The notes under the pieces were generated by a model, which did no database searches, was not told the origin of the DNA, and saw nothing but the letters and a program-made list of their open reading frames with translations. A stretch of 64,000 nt of DNA from the human T2T-CHM13v2.0 reference genome, Homo sapiens, in NCBI RefSeq assembly GCF_009914755.1, contig NC_060940.1, one strand, 5' to 3'. A program made the position numbers and the translations under genes. Below are positions 1-12,225 of the stretch, piece after piece (position 1 is the stretch's first letter; every line of letters starts with the position of its first letter).

Positions 1-642
1 AAATAGGAACAGTTTTACACTGTTGGTGGGACTGTAAACTAGTTCAACCATTGTGGAAGTCAGTGTGGCGACTCCTCAGGGATCTAGAACTAGAAATACC
101 ATTTGACCCAGCCATCCCATTACTGGGTATATACCCAAAGGATTACAAAACATGCTGGTATAAAGACACATGCACACATACGTTTATTGTGGCACTATTC
201 ACAATAGCAAAGACTTGGAACCAACCCAAATGTCCAACAATGATAGACTGGATTAAGAAAATGTGGCATATATACACCATGGAATACTATGCAGCCATAA
301 AAAATGATGAGTTCATGTCCTTTGTAGGGACATGGATGAAGCTGGAAACCATCATTCTCAGCAAACTATCGCAAGGACAGAAAACCAAACACCGCATGTT
401 CTCACTCACAGGTGGGAATTGAACAATGAGAACACATGGACACAGGAAGGGGAACATCACACAGTGGGGCCTGCTGTGGGGTGGGGGGAGGGGGGAGGGA
501 TAGCATTAGGAGATATACCTAATGCTAAATGATGAGTTAATGGGTGCAGCACACCAACATGGCACATGTATACATATGTAACAAACCTGCACATTGTGCA
601 CATGTATCCTAAAACTTAAAGTATAATTGAAAAAAAGAAAGA
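1..642 (+). mobile_element. L1PA (L1PA4/5-like) 3' end: ORF2 C-terminus, 3'UTR and poly(A); runs off the left edge
   Basis: ORF 51-422 matches the L1 ORF2p C-terminus (WKSVWRLLRDLELEIPFDPAIPLLGIYPK...HRMFSLTGGN); G-rich 3'UTR at 476-499; ends CTAAAACTTAAAGTATAAT plus A-tail. Confidence 0.95.
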
Positions 643-691
643 ATAGTATGAGGACTCATTGTATGGTGTAAGCCAGTGTGAAGGCTTATAA

Positions 692-1234
692 CATGTCCCC
701 CCTTACCTGAGGTTTGTTTTCCACAGTTTCAATTACCTAAGGCCGACTGTAGTTCAAAAATATTAAATAGGAAATTCCAGAAATAAAAAATTCATGTTTT
801 AAATTGCATGCTATTCTGAGTAGCATGGTGAAATTTTGCACATTCCTACTCCACCCCAACAGGGACATGAATCAGCCTGTGTCCAGCATACAAAGGTTGT
901 ATATGCTACCCACCCACTAGTCACTTCGTAGCTGTCTTGGCTATCAGATGCACTGTCATGGTTTCGCAGTGCTTGTGTTCAAGTACCCTTTGTTTTACTT
1001 AATGATGGACCTAAAGTGCAAGTGTAGTGATGCGGGTGTATTGCTATAATTTTTCTGTTTTCTGAGGAGTTATTGCTGTTAATAGGCTGTACCATGCCTA
1101 ATTCATAAATTAAACTTTACCATAGGAATGTATATATAAAAAAACAGTACTTACAGGGCTCAATATTATATGAGGTTTCAGGCATCCACTGGGGGTCTTG
1201 GAATGCATGTCCCTTGCTTAACGCGGGATCACTG
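692..1234 (+). mobile_element. MER44B-like non-autonomous Tigger7 (TcMar) DNA transposon
   Basis: Starts CATGTCCCCCCTTA, contains AAATATTAAATAGGAAATTCCAGAAATAAA, ends CCACTGGGGGTCTTGGAA...GGGATCACTG followed by TA; ~545 bp. Confidence 0.8.
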
Positions 1235-1344
1235 TATAAAATTACAATAGGAGAACAGGGTATTAAAATATACACGTTCATGGAATCCACACATAGAAAA
1301 ATGAAAAAGAATAGAGAAACCTAGAAATTGACTGAGAATTATGC

Positions 1345-1720
1345 TGTTATAGACTGTATGTTTGTGTCTCCCCCAAGTTTACATGTTGGAGTCTGTTTCC
1401 TCAATACGGTGGTGTTTGGAGATGGAGCCTTTGGGAGGTACTTAAGGTTAGATTAGTTCATGAAAGTCGGGCTCTTAAGATGAGATTAGTGCCTTATAGG
1501 AATAGGAAATGAGAGTTTGCTCTTTCTCCACATGCATGCACAGAGGAAAGGCCACGTGAACATGCAGTAACCATCTGCAAGCTGAGAAGAGGCCCTCACC
1601 TGCCCCTGGCCATGCTGGTATCCTGATACGAGACTTCCAGCCCCCAGACCTGTGAGAAAATAACTGTTGTTTAAGCCACACAGTATGTGGTATTTTGTTA
1701 TGGCAGCTGGAACGAAGACA
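1345..1720 (+). mobile_element. MLT1A-like MaLR solo LTR
   Basis: TG...CA termini (TGTTATAGACTG...GAAGACA), 376 bp, typical GACTTCCAGCCCCCAGACCTGTGAGAAAATAA...TTTAAGCCAC segment. Confidence 0.85.
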
Positions 1721-1767
1721 CATTCCAAATGGATTGTTGACAAAAGTGCAAAAGAAATTCTGTGCAG

Positions 1768-2060
1768 AGCCAGGCTTGGTGATTCACACCTGTAATCCCA
1801 TCCTTTGGGGAGGCTGAGATGGGCAGATAGCTTGAGCTCATGGCGAAACCTTGTCTCTACTAAAAATACAAAAAATTAGCTAGGTGTGGTGGCCTGTGCC
1901 TATGGACACAGCTACTCAGGAGGCTGAGGTGGGAGGATCACTTGAAGCCAAGAGGTGGAGGTTGCAGTGAGCCAAGGTGATGCCACTGCCCTCCAGCCTG
2001 GGCAGCAGAGTGAGACTCTGTCTGAAAAAAAAAAATTAAAAAATAAAAGAAAGAAAAAGA
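1768..2060 (+). mobile_element. AluJ-like SINE with a left-arm deletion
   Basis: Alu dimer with GGGAGGATCACTTGA; A-tail; diverged TSD AAAGAAATT...TGCAG on both sides. Confidence 0.9.
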
Positions 2061-2109
2061 AATTAATTGCAGGAATTCAACAAATGATGCTGAAACATTT
2101 TGACCATAT

Positions 2110-4800
2110 CTTTTTTTTTCTATCATGGTAAAACACACATAACATGCGATTCAGTGCCATTAATTGCACTCACAATGTTGTGCAACCATCTTTGCTGTCT
2201 GTTTCCAAAGCCTTTTCGTAACTCCAAACAGAAAGTCTATAATCATTAAGCAATAAGTATTCATTTTCCTCTCTCACCAGCCTGTGGTAACTTCTGATCT
2301 ACTTTTTCTCTATAAATGTGACTTTTGTAAGTATTTCATGTCAGTAGCATTATGATAATATTTGTTCTTTTGTCTGTCTTATTTTACTTACCATAGTGGC
2401 TTCATGTTTCGCCTATATGTAGAAAGTGTCAGAACTTTTTCTTTCCTGACTGAATAATATTTCATTGTATTTTGTTTATTTTGCATGCATTTTATTTATT
2501 CATTCATCTGTTCATGTACAACTTTTGGTTATCATGAATAATGCCTTAGTGAACATTAGCATATTATTATATGTTCAAGTCCCTATTTTCAATTATTTTG
2601 GGTATATACATATGAGTTAAATTGTTGTATAAAGCGTAACTTTTTTTTAGCTTTTTGGTATACTGCCGAACTACTTTTAATTTATTTTTTCTTCTGTTGC
2701 TCATGCATTTCACATCATATCTGAGAATCCATCACCAAATCAAAGGTTTACCTTATGTTTTCTTCTAAACATCTTATTGTTTTAGCTCTTATATTTAGGT
2801 TATTAATCCATTTTGAGTTAATTTTTGTATGTGGTTTAAGGTAGTCTATACATTTATTTTTTATGTGGAAATTTAGTTATTTCTCCCAGCGAATGGATTT
2901 GACACTTTTGTCAAAAATCAGTTCACCATAGATAATTTTAGGGCTGTCAGTTGTATTCCATTTTTCTATGTCTATACATATGCTATGACTACATTGTTTT
3001 GATTACTGTAGCTTTCTAATTAGAAACGTATTGGTTTTGAGATTGGAAATTGTGAGTTCTCTGACTTTGTTTTTCTTGTTAAAAATTATCTTGGCTACCC
3101 AGGGCCCCTTATAATTCCATGTGACTTTTAGAATCAGGTTTTCATTTCCGCAAAAGTGATGATGAGTTTTTACAGGAATTGTGTTGAATCTGTACATGAT
3201 TTTGAATGGCATTGTCATCTTAACAACCTGAAATCTTCCAAACCATGAGCATGAAATACTATTTCATTTATTTATGGCTTCTTTAGTAAATTTCAGCAAT
3301 GTTTTGTAGTTTTCACTATACAAGTCTTACACCTTCTTGGTTAAATTTATTTCTAAGTATTGTATTTTTTTAGTTGCTACCATAAATAGAATTGTTTTCT
3401 TAACTTCCTCTTTAGATTGTCTTTGCAGGTGTGAAACACAAACAATTTTTGTGTGTTGAGTTTGTACTCGAAAACTTTACTGAATGTTTATTAGCTATAG
3501 CATCTTTCTTGTTGATCATTTATGATGTTCTATCTTTAGGACTATCTCATCTGTAAGTAGACATAGTTTTACTTCTTCCTTTACAATGGATGTCTTTATT
3601 TCTGTTTCTTGTTTAATTGTTTGGCTAGAACTTTCACTACAATGTTAAATAGCGCTAGTGAAAGTGGTTATCTTTGTCTAGTTCCTGATGTTAAGAGGAA
3701 AGCTTTTTTTCATGAGTGTCTAAATTGTAAGCTGTGGACTCTTCCCTAATGCACTTTTCATGTTGAGGAAACTCTATTCCTTGTTTTCCTCATTATCATA
3801 AATGAAAGTTGCGTTTTGTCAAATGCCTCTTCTGCAGCAATTGAGATTATCATGTGTTTTTCCCTTTATTTCATTAATGTGGTAGATTACTTGATTTTCT
3901 TATGTTTACCCTCACTAGAATTTCTAAGATAAGTCCCACTTGGCCATGATGTATAATCCTCTTAATATACTGTTAGATATATCTTGCTTGTATTTGTGTG
4001 TGCATGTGTGTGTGTCCATATGTGTAGTCTGGTATCTCTATTCTTAGGGGCTGTGGGTCTGTAATTTTTTTCTTGTCATTTCTTTATTTGGCTAATATAT
4101 TTGGGATAATAATGCTGGCTTATTAGAATACATTAGAAAATATTCCCTCTTTTTTTGAAGAATTTGAGAAGAATTGATGTCAATTCTTCTTTAAATTTTA
4201 GGTAGAATTCACTTGTGAAAGTCTCTCTTCGTTCACTTTTTCTGTTTGAAGTTTTTGATGAATGATTCAATCTCTTACTTGTTATAGGTATTTTGAGATT
4301 TTCCAATTCTTCTTGAGTCAGTGTAGACAAATTTTACGTTTCTGGAAATTTGTTTATCTGGGTTATCTAATTTGTTAACTTTTGAGTGTTCATGGTATTC
4401 TCTTTTAATTCTTTTTGTTTCTTTGAGGATTGTAAATAATATCTGCACTTTTATTTCTTTTTAGTTATTTCTGTCATCTCCCTTTTTGTCTTTTTCAGTG
4501 TGGCTAAAAGATTTGCCAATTTTTCCAATCTCCAATGAGTCAACATTTGTTTTGGTTGATTCTCTCTACTGTTTTTCTATTTTCTCTTTTATTTTAGTCT
4601 CCATTGTTTTATTTTTATCTGTATTTTATTTCTAATCTTTATTATGTCCTTTTATTCTGCTAGCTTTTGGCTTAGTTATTCTTTTTCTAATTACTCTAGG
4701 TATAAAGTTAGGTTACTGATTGGAGGTCTTTTTTTTTTTTACTGTAGGCATTTAAAGGGAGTGTATTGTTTGTTTAGTTTCCACCATATTTGTGAATCTT
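2110..4800 (-). mobile_element. Old L1M (L1MB/L1MC-type) 3'UTR and ORF2 remnant
   Basis: Minus-strand ORF fragments resemble ORF2p (YRFNTIPVK...LKVTWN; LTQEELENL...FTSEFY...KEELTSILLKFF); T-rich plus strand. Confidence 0.85.
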
Positions 4801-4939
4801 CAAGTGTGGACTAGAATGAAATAGCCCCTTTCCCTATTCCAATCATGTCTATTAATGTACTAATGAATTTATTTAACTAGCTATTATTTTGATTTATGAG
4901 AATATTAGGAGTTGTATGTGTATATAATATGTATAAGTA

Positions 4940-5400
4940 TTTGTCAAACAAATGTATTTATTGGGCAGTTACTATGTGCTTGCATGGTGCTAGAGCTATA
5001 ACTACCAGTAAAATAAAATACTCCTGCTCACAGAGCAAACATACTAGTTTTAGATTTATTCCCAAGTATTTATTAAGCACATTTAAGTGCCTAGATCCAA
5101 GCAAGTAATAAAGAAGCACTTCTTTACTTTTGTTTGTTGAATGGTAGAGATAAATATAGAGGAGGGCACTCAATCCAGGCTGGGAAGGAGGGAGGCTAGG
5201 TTGGTGGGACATGGAGTGGAGGAGGCCTCATAAAGGAAGTGATTAAATGGGTGGTAAAGTTAGCTGGGTAGGAAATAAAGAGTTGAGGCATGCCTTCAGT
5301 GACCTGACACTGAGAAAGACAGCAGAAGGTACCTTTCAGAAGTAAGCATGGCACTGAGTGTGTAGCAAACTGCACTCCTTTCATGTGGAAAGGTAGAGTG
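4940..5400 (-). mobile_element. L2 3' fragment
   Basis: ACAAATGTATTTATTGGGCAGTTACTATGTGC resembles the reverse complement of the L2 3' terminus; GA-rich L2-like continuation. Confidence 0.55.
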
Positions 5401-6239
5401 AAGGCAATACGTTTCTGGCTGTCAGGGTCTGACAGAGACAGAAAGTATGCTTCCCTCACTTTTCTGAGTTGCAAGCAACATGGACCATAATTAAGATTTG
5501 AGATTCATACATACAATGCTTTCCAGATGTTCTATAAATGCAAGTTGCTTGAATATTAATAAATCACACGGCCTAAGTTAATCCTAAGGTCACATTGTTT
5601 CAGAAAATGCAAATGCCCATTGTGTCGTTGTGAAGAGGATGAAAGGTCACAGTTTTCCAGGAGGTTTGGGCAGCATTTCATGTGAGCCTCTTGGGAAATT
5701 CATGCTCAGAAAACACCTGGGAACTGCCATGTCAGCATTCATGTGGCATGAATGCTCCCTGGCTGTTCTAACAGACCTGAGTCTTCCTGAAGATCCTCTC
5801 CTCTCCTGAGACCACCCTTGACTTCCAAATGGTGAACAACCCCGGCTCCTTCCTCTGTGTCCACTTCCCAGCAGGTGTGAGTGGGGTGAGCTGGAGTTCA
5901 GGGTAAAAAAAATTAACATTGGACACCTGAGAACAGTGGCAAGGCTGTCCTCCCCCATCTCCTTTATATGAACACCATGGCTGTTTCTTTTTCCTTGCCT
6001 AGAGAAATTTATCTTCCAAAACATAAATCCACTGGAGCCCAAATATTTAACATTAAAAGCCTTTATTCTTATATACATGAGAGTCAGTTCTAGAAGGGCA
6101 CGTTTGGAAATAATCTTTAAGAGAGAAAGGGGTGACGCAACTTGGCAAAATACGACTGTACAGTGACTATCTTCCCATAGAAACATCAAGTTTGCAAGAA
6201 TCCATATAAAAAAGTAATTTTGCAAGGGCTAAGAAATTC

Positions 6240-6680
6240 AAGAATTCATCTAAGAGATGCAAAGATAGTTCCCAATATGCAAGCCAATAAAAATGATACA
6301 TCACATAAACAGAATGAAAGATGAAAACAATAGGATTATTTTGATAGATGCAGAAAAATTGATAAAATTTAACATATCAAATTTCCTCAACAAATTGGTA
6401 TAGAAGAAACATATTTCAACATAATAACAAAAAATTAGGTATAGAAAGAACATAGTTCAACACAATAAAGAACATATATAACAAAATCACAGCTAGCAAA
6501 TTAATTAAACACCAAATTAGGTGTAGATAGAACATATTTCAACGTAATAAAGAACATATACATATCACCAAATTCAGAGCATCCAAATTGATTTTTAAAA
6601 AGAGGTCAAAATTATTCTTGTCTGCAGACATCATAATCTTATATATAGAAACCCCAAGAACCCAACAAAAACTCTATTAG
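6240..6680 (+). mobile_element. L1M ORF2 fragment with an internal triplicated ~40-50 bp unit
   Basis: CACATAAACAGAATGAAAG...GATAGATGCAGAAAAA...GCAGACATCATAATCTTATATATAGAAACCCC are RT-region L1 motifs. Confidence 0.75.
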
Positions 6681-7486
6681 TTCTTCCAGAGTACAGGGGA
6701 GTATTTCAACTAATTTGTAATTCTCAGCAATAGAATTTGAGGGTTAATTTTTGCTAATCAGTGTGTGTGTCAGAGGAAGGTTGGTCCAGAGTTCCCATAT
6801 CTGCCATATTGTAGATATTACTTGGAGAGTGAGCAGTTCCAGCACTAGAATATCTCCTCTTGCCCTGTTATAACCAAACTCACTCCCATGTTGCCTACCA
6901 TACTTACTCCAGACCTAATAGTTTGCGACTGCTAATTTCTTCTCTATTTTCACAAATTTATCTTTCCAGGAAAATATGGAAAGTTCTGTGATTGACTTTT
7001 TTTTTTCTCAGTGTAATTTCTTGAAGATTTTTCCAAGTTGCTTCTGTGTATCAAAATGTATTCCTATTTATTGCTGAGTACTATTTATCTAATTCTTCTT
7101 TCAGTACTATCACTTTTTCACTTTCCTAATTTTGCAGCTGTGTTGTTTGGTGCATAAATATTTTACATTATGTCTTCTAGATAGATTGATTATTTTATCA
7201 TTATATCTTCTTCTTTTAAGTCTCTGGTAATTTTCTTTCCTTTGAAGTCTACATTACATATTCTTAGGTTAGCCACTTCTGCTTTCCTTTGAATAATACT
7301 TTAATACTATACCTGAGTTTTCTGATGTGAGCTCCAGAAGAAGGCTTTGCCACATTGACTCTAGGCCAGGGGAACTCTTCACTGTGAGAACGTTAATGTC
7401 AACTAGGAAATGAGACGTTTCAGAAGTGTTTCCTTCATGTATTTCTCTTAGAGTTATTTATAGAGAGTAAACTCTTGTGTGTTCTA

Positions 7487-8615
7487 GAAATCTAGTAAAA
7501 TTGCAGAATAAAAAAATCCATATACAAAAATCAAGAGTGTTTCTACACACCAAATCACAAATTTTCTGAAAAAAAAAAAACAAAACAATGTCATTTACAA
7601 TAACTCCAAAAAAGTAAAACACCTAGAAATAAATTTAACCAAGGAAGTAAAATATTTCTACAATCAAAACTGCAAAATACTGATAAAAGAAATAAACACA
7701 TATACACAGAAACTTTATGTTTATGGATTAAAAAAACTAATATTGCTAAAATGTTCATACTACTCAAGGCAAACTACAGATCCAATTTTATTCTTACCAA
7801 AATACCAATGACGTTCTTCACGGAAATTGAAAAAAATTCTAAAATTTGTACAGAACCACAAATGACCTCAAATAGCCAAACAATCATGAAAAAAAGCTGG
7901 TGGCATCACACTAATTGACTTCAAACATATTGCAAAACTTTAATCCCCAAAACAACACAGTAGACACATAGGCCAATGGAACAGAATACAGAGTCCACAA
8001 ATAAATCCTCACATCTACAGAAAACTGACTTTTGAGCAAAGGTGACATGTACACACAATAAGAAAAAGACAAACTCTCCAATAATTGGTGCTTGAAAAAC
8101 TGGATATCCACATGCAGAGAAATAAAAGTACACGCTTGCCTTTCACCATATAAAACAATTACCTCAAAATGGGTTAAAGTCTTAAATGTTGGATGTGAAG
8201 CTATGAAAGTACTAGAAAAAAACATAGGAAAAAAGCACCATGGCATTTGTCTAGGCAAGGACTTTGTAAATATATCTTCAGAAGCATAGGCAATCAAAGC
8301 AAATATAGACAAATGGCATTGCATGCAACTGAGAAGCTTCTGCATGTAAAGGGAAATAAGTAACAGAGCAAAGAGACAACCTTTAGAGTGAGAAAATGTA
8401 TTTGCAAGTGATACTGCTGATACAGGGCTAATACCCAAAATACATACTGAGCTCAAACAACTCACAAACAACAGCAAGCCCAAAGACCTTAATTTACAAA
8501 TTAGCCAAAGACCTGGATAGACATTTCTCAAAAGAAGACATGCAAATGGCCAACAGATACATGAGAAAGTGCTCAAAATCACTAGTCTTCAGGAAGATGA
8601 ACCTCAAGCCAATAA
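7487..8615 (+). mobile_element. L1MA-type ORF2 fragment (continuation of 6240-6680)
   Basis: Peptide NWISTCREIKVHACLSPYKTITSKWVK matches L1 ORF2p; collinear with L1 consensus. Confidence 0.85.
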
Positions 8616-8619
8616 ACTT

Positions 8620-9406
8620 ATAAAAAGACTCAATGTGACTGATCATTAGAGAAATGCAAATCAAAACCACAATGAGATACCATCTCACAACAGTCAGAAT
8701 GGTGATTATTAAAAAATCAAGAAACAACAGATGCTGGAGAGGCTGTGGAGAAATAGGAACACTTTTACACTGTTGGTGGGAATGTAAATTAGTTCAACCA
8801 TTGTGAAAGACAGTGTGGCAATTCTGCAAAGTTCGAGAAACAGAAATACCATTTGACCCAGCAATCCCATTACCAGGTATATACCCAAAGACATATAAAT
8901 AATTATATTATAAATATACATGCACAAGTATGATCACTGCAGCAATATTCACAATAGCAAAAACATGGAATCAACCCAAGTGCCCATCAATGACAGACTG
9001 GATAAGGAAAATGTGATACATATATACCATGGAATACTATGCAGCCATAAAAAGAAATGGGATCATGTTCTTTGCAGGGACATGTATGCAGCTGGAGGCC
9101 ATTGTGCTCAGCAAACTAATGCAGAAACAGAAAACCCAATACTGCATATTTTCACTTAGAAATGGGAGCTGAATTGTGAGAACACATGGATACATGAAAA
9201 GGCAATAACACAAACTTGGGCATGTCAGAAGGTAGGGGCCTTGGAGGAGGGAGATAATCAAGAAGAACAGCTAATGGATACTGGGTTTAATACATAGGTG
9301 ATGGGATGGTCTGTGCAGCAAACCACCAAGGCACACCTTTACCTGTGTAGCAAACCTGCATGTCCCGCACATGTATTCTGGAACTTAAAATAAAATAAAA
9401 TAAAAT
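8620..9406 (+). mobile_element. L1PA13-like 5'-truncated L1, 3' end with (TAAAA)n tail
   Basis: 3'UTR GCTAATGGATACTGGGTTTAATACATAGGTGATGGGATG...GAACTTAAAATAAAATAAAA. Confidence 0.85.
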
Positions 9407-9579
9407 ATCAAATATATGCATCAAATTGTTAACAGTGACTTTGAGGAATATGTTTATGGGAAATTTGAATTGTCTAATTTAATACTCATCTGTGAATTGT
9501 TTAAATTTCATACTATGAGAATGTATTACTTATAAAATCAGGAAAAAAACATAAAAAGTTCCCCTTAAGGAGAAAACGA

Positions 9580-10040
9580 ATAATCAAAGAGAATGTACAT
9601 CAAAACAACAATGTGGTAAAGTGTCACTTCAGGCAGAATGTCTCCCCTCAAAAAATAAAAAGATAACAAGTACTCACAACCATATGGAGAAAAGGGAGCA
9701 CTTATACACAATTACAGAAAATAGTATAAACCTTTCTCAAAAAAATTAAGAAAAATTGTCATATGATCCAGCAATCCCATTACTGGGTATATTAGCCAAT
9801 AGAAATAAAATCAGTATGTCCAAGAGATATCCGCACTCCTATGTATATTATGTTAGGTGAAATAAGCCAGGCAGAGAAAGATAATTACCACTTGATCCCA
9901 CTCATATATGCAATTGATAAACTTGTTCTCATGGAAATAGAAAGCAGAATAGTGGTTGCCAGAGGATAGGAAGGGTAGGGTGCAGAGGGATGGAGACAGG
10001 TTGGTTAACAGGTACACAACTATAGCCTTGAGGTGAGAGA
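9580..10040 (+). mobile_element. L1MA 3' fragment
   Basis: TATGATCCAGCAATCCCATTACTGGGTATA; GTGAAATAAGCCAGGCAGAGAAAGA; AGAATAGTGGTTGCCAGAGG. Confidence 0.8.
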
Positions 10041-10689
10041 ATTATATGAATGTTTGTTTAAGCCTTTAAATGCAGTGGAAGAGGCAGACTTAATCATTTG
10101 TGATGAGTCTACCTTTCCTGGGCCAAAGTTGAGGCCTACTTTAGAAGAGAACTCAGGAGAGCCTGTCCAGAGCCTGGTCAAAGACAGAATCTTCATCAAT
10201 ATGCACATGTATGTATATGGCATGTGGACATGCATACACACGTATGTGGTGGAGGCTGAGCTATGGAGGTTCTGAAAAACTCAAGCCCCAGCTTGCAGGA
10301 ACAGACTGGGGTAGGTCACTCTTGAGACTCTGTGGTATTGTTGATACTGGAAAACCTAAGAAGGGCTCTGGCCAACAGCAGGACCATTGGATTTATCCCA
10401 TGGAACATATTGGTGACCTTGAATGTCTTCTCTGCTGTAGTAACTTCACTCCCTCATGACCCATCACATTTATAGCTGCCCCAGTGATAGTTCCTTTGAA
10501 TCTTATATATTATATTCCTTGGAGTGCTTTGTATTTCTACTCTGGTGTCAAAAGTTTTCAGTCGTCTCCTCCCAAACAACTATCATCCAGATGCACTCCT
10601 CTGCCATATCTTTCTGTTGCAGTGAAGGACACCCCGCCATGCAAAAGCTCACACAGGACACCTTGTCCTTATCCTGACTTCCCTCTTCT

Positions 10690-11210
10690 CAGCACCCAGA
10701 GGCATCAGCAAGTCCCATGGTCTCTGCCTGCAGCACAAGTCCTGGGTCCAACCCCATCTCTCCATCTCCACCTCCACTGCTTCCTCAGGTCCAGCCATCA
10801 CCATCCTCAGCCTCAATAATTGTCAGAGTCTCCCACCCAGTCTCCCTACTTTACCCTGTTTCTCACATGGTAGCCTCTGACCTTTTATATTGAAATTACA
10901 CTCTATTATGGCAATGGCTCCATGCATCATCAGACCCCTGGTGGCCTTCGCCACCCCCCGCCCCACATTATCTTTTTTATTTTTGTAGTGAGTTAGGCCA
11001 CTCTGACCTCTGCCTAATCTTCACACTCACCACCCTCATGCTCATTAGCATTGAATTGGTATTCTGAATCTTTTTGTTAACATCTATAAGGCTGGGCATA
11101 TCTAAAAAGACTTTGTCTACCCTGACATTCTCTAAAGATGGCTTGACCTCTGCAAACTTCTTTTTGGCATTTAGGTGGCATTGCTCCTGCATCTGCAAAT
11201 CCAGTGTTTC
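10690..11210 (+). mobile_element. L2 fragment, followed by a possible MIR remnant to ~11400
   Basis: C/T-rich L2-like text CCATCTCCACCTCCACTGC...GGTCCAGCCATCACCATC...GTCTCCC. Confidence 0.5.
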
Positions 11211-11900
11211 CACAAGCTGCTTTTTATGTCTTTCATAAAGTTGACTTCCCAAGCACTGACTCACCAATAAGCTAATGAGAGATGGACACACCAGTGTCTT
11301 GTTTTGGAGATGGCAGAAGGTGAGGTGTGGACTCAGGTCAGGGGGCAGCAGCTCCACCACCATTTTGCCTAGCTTCCCAAAGGTCAGCCCAGGGCCTAGG
11401 CCCTCAGAGGATGGCAGCCTCTCCATGGCACTGCAGCCACCACAGGGCTCTGCCCAATAACCATGGATTCTGAAGCTGTAACAAACACCAGAGAATGCTC
11501 CAACATTCTGCTTGGAACCCAACCAGCAATTGGCATCTTGGATTTGTCAGTTATATGCTCAGTGATAGGGGGACATTTGTAAGTAAAAGATGTTTACCTC
11601 TGTTGCTGTTTAATGATCATTCTTTACCTTTTTTTGTCATTTTATATTATTATAAAATTAAAATGTATTAAAATCTGCACATGTAAAGTGTTTGGCTTTA
11701 CAGATTTTTAAAACTTTATATCACTTAAAGTATTTAACAAGTCCTATCAATATATAGATCATGTTCATTAACACTTAAAATACTCCCTCTTAACTTTTCA
11801 ACTAATATTTACCCACCCCACCTCATGCAGACTGTTTTGATTTTTATTAACATACATCTGTCTGGCCAGCTCTCCAACATCCTAGAAGTTAGATAAATCA

Positions 11901-12225
11901 TGTTAGGAAGCAAAAGGGGCTTGCTGTCTGATACACTAGAAGGCAATGCTGTGACACTGGGTTTTTGAGAAAAGAAAAGCTTTATGCTGCAAGGAGGCAA
12001 GCTCAAGTCTGTCTCCTCATGCTGCCTTCAAGGCAGTGTTTCTATTAGGAAAAGGTACAGAGGGTGTATTCTGAGATGAGTAGGTTATTAATGCAGGGAA
12101 AGGGGAAGTCTGGAAGGTCCTTGGGCATGAGCAGTTATTTCTCCATGCTGACTCATGGGTTGCATGTGCAAATTGGGGGAAGGTAGTATAAAACATACAA
12201 TGGAAATTTAGGCTGTAACATCATT
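11901..12225 (-). mobile_element. ERV1 (MER4-group) LTR fragment
   Basis: Begins TGTTAGGAAG; AGAAAAGCTTTAT (reverse-strand polyA-signal region); GCATGAGCAG...GCATGTGCAAAT typical of MER4-group LTRs. Confidence 0.55.

Noticed and set aside
5647-6225. 192-aa minus-strand ORF
   Set aside because: Non-ATG start, no recognisable domain or coding-like composition; likely a chance ORF
7911-8582. 223-aa hydrophobic minus-strand ORF
   Set aside because: Antisense to L1 ORF2; the T-rich strand is depleted of stops and yields spurious membrane-like peptides
10977-11522. 181-aa minus-strand ORF with a faint RPL10A-like LVETLDLQ
   Set aside because: The similarity does not extend, there is no poly(A) or TSD, and it overlaps L2/MIR-like sequence
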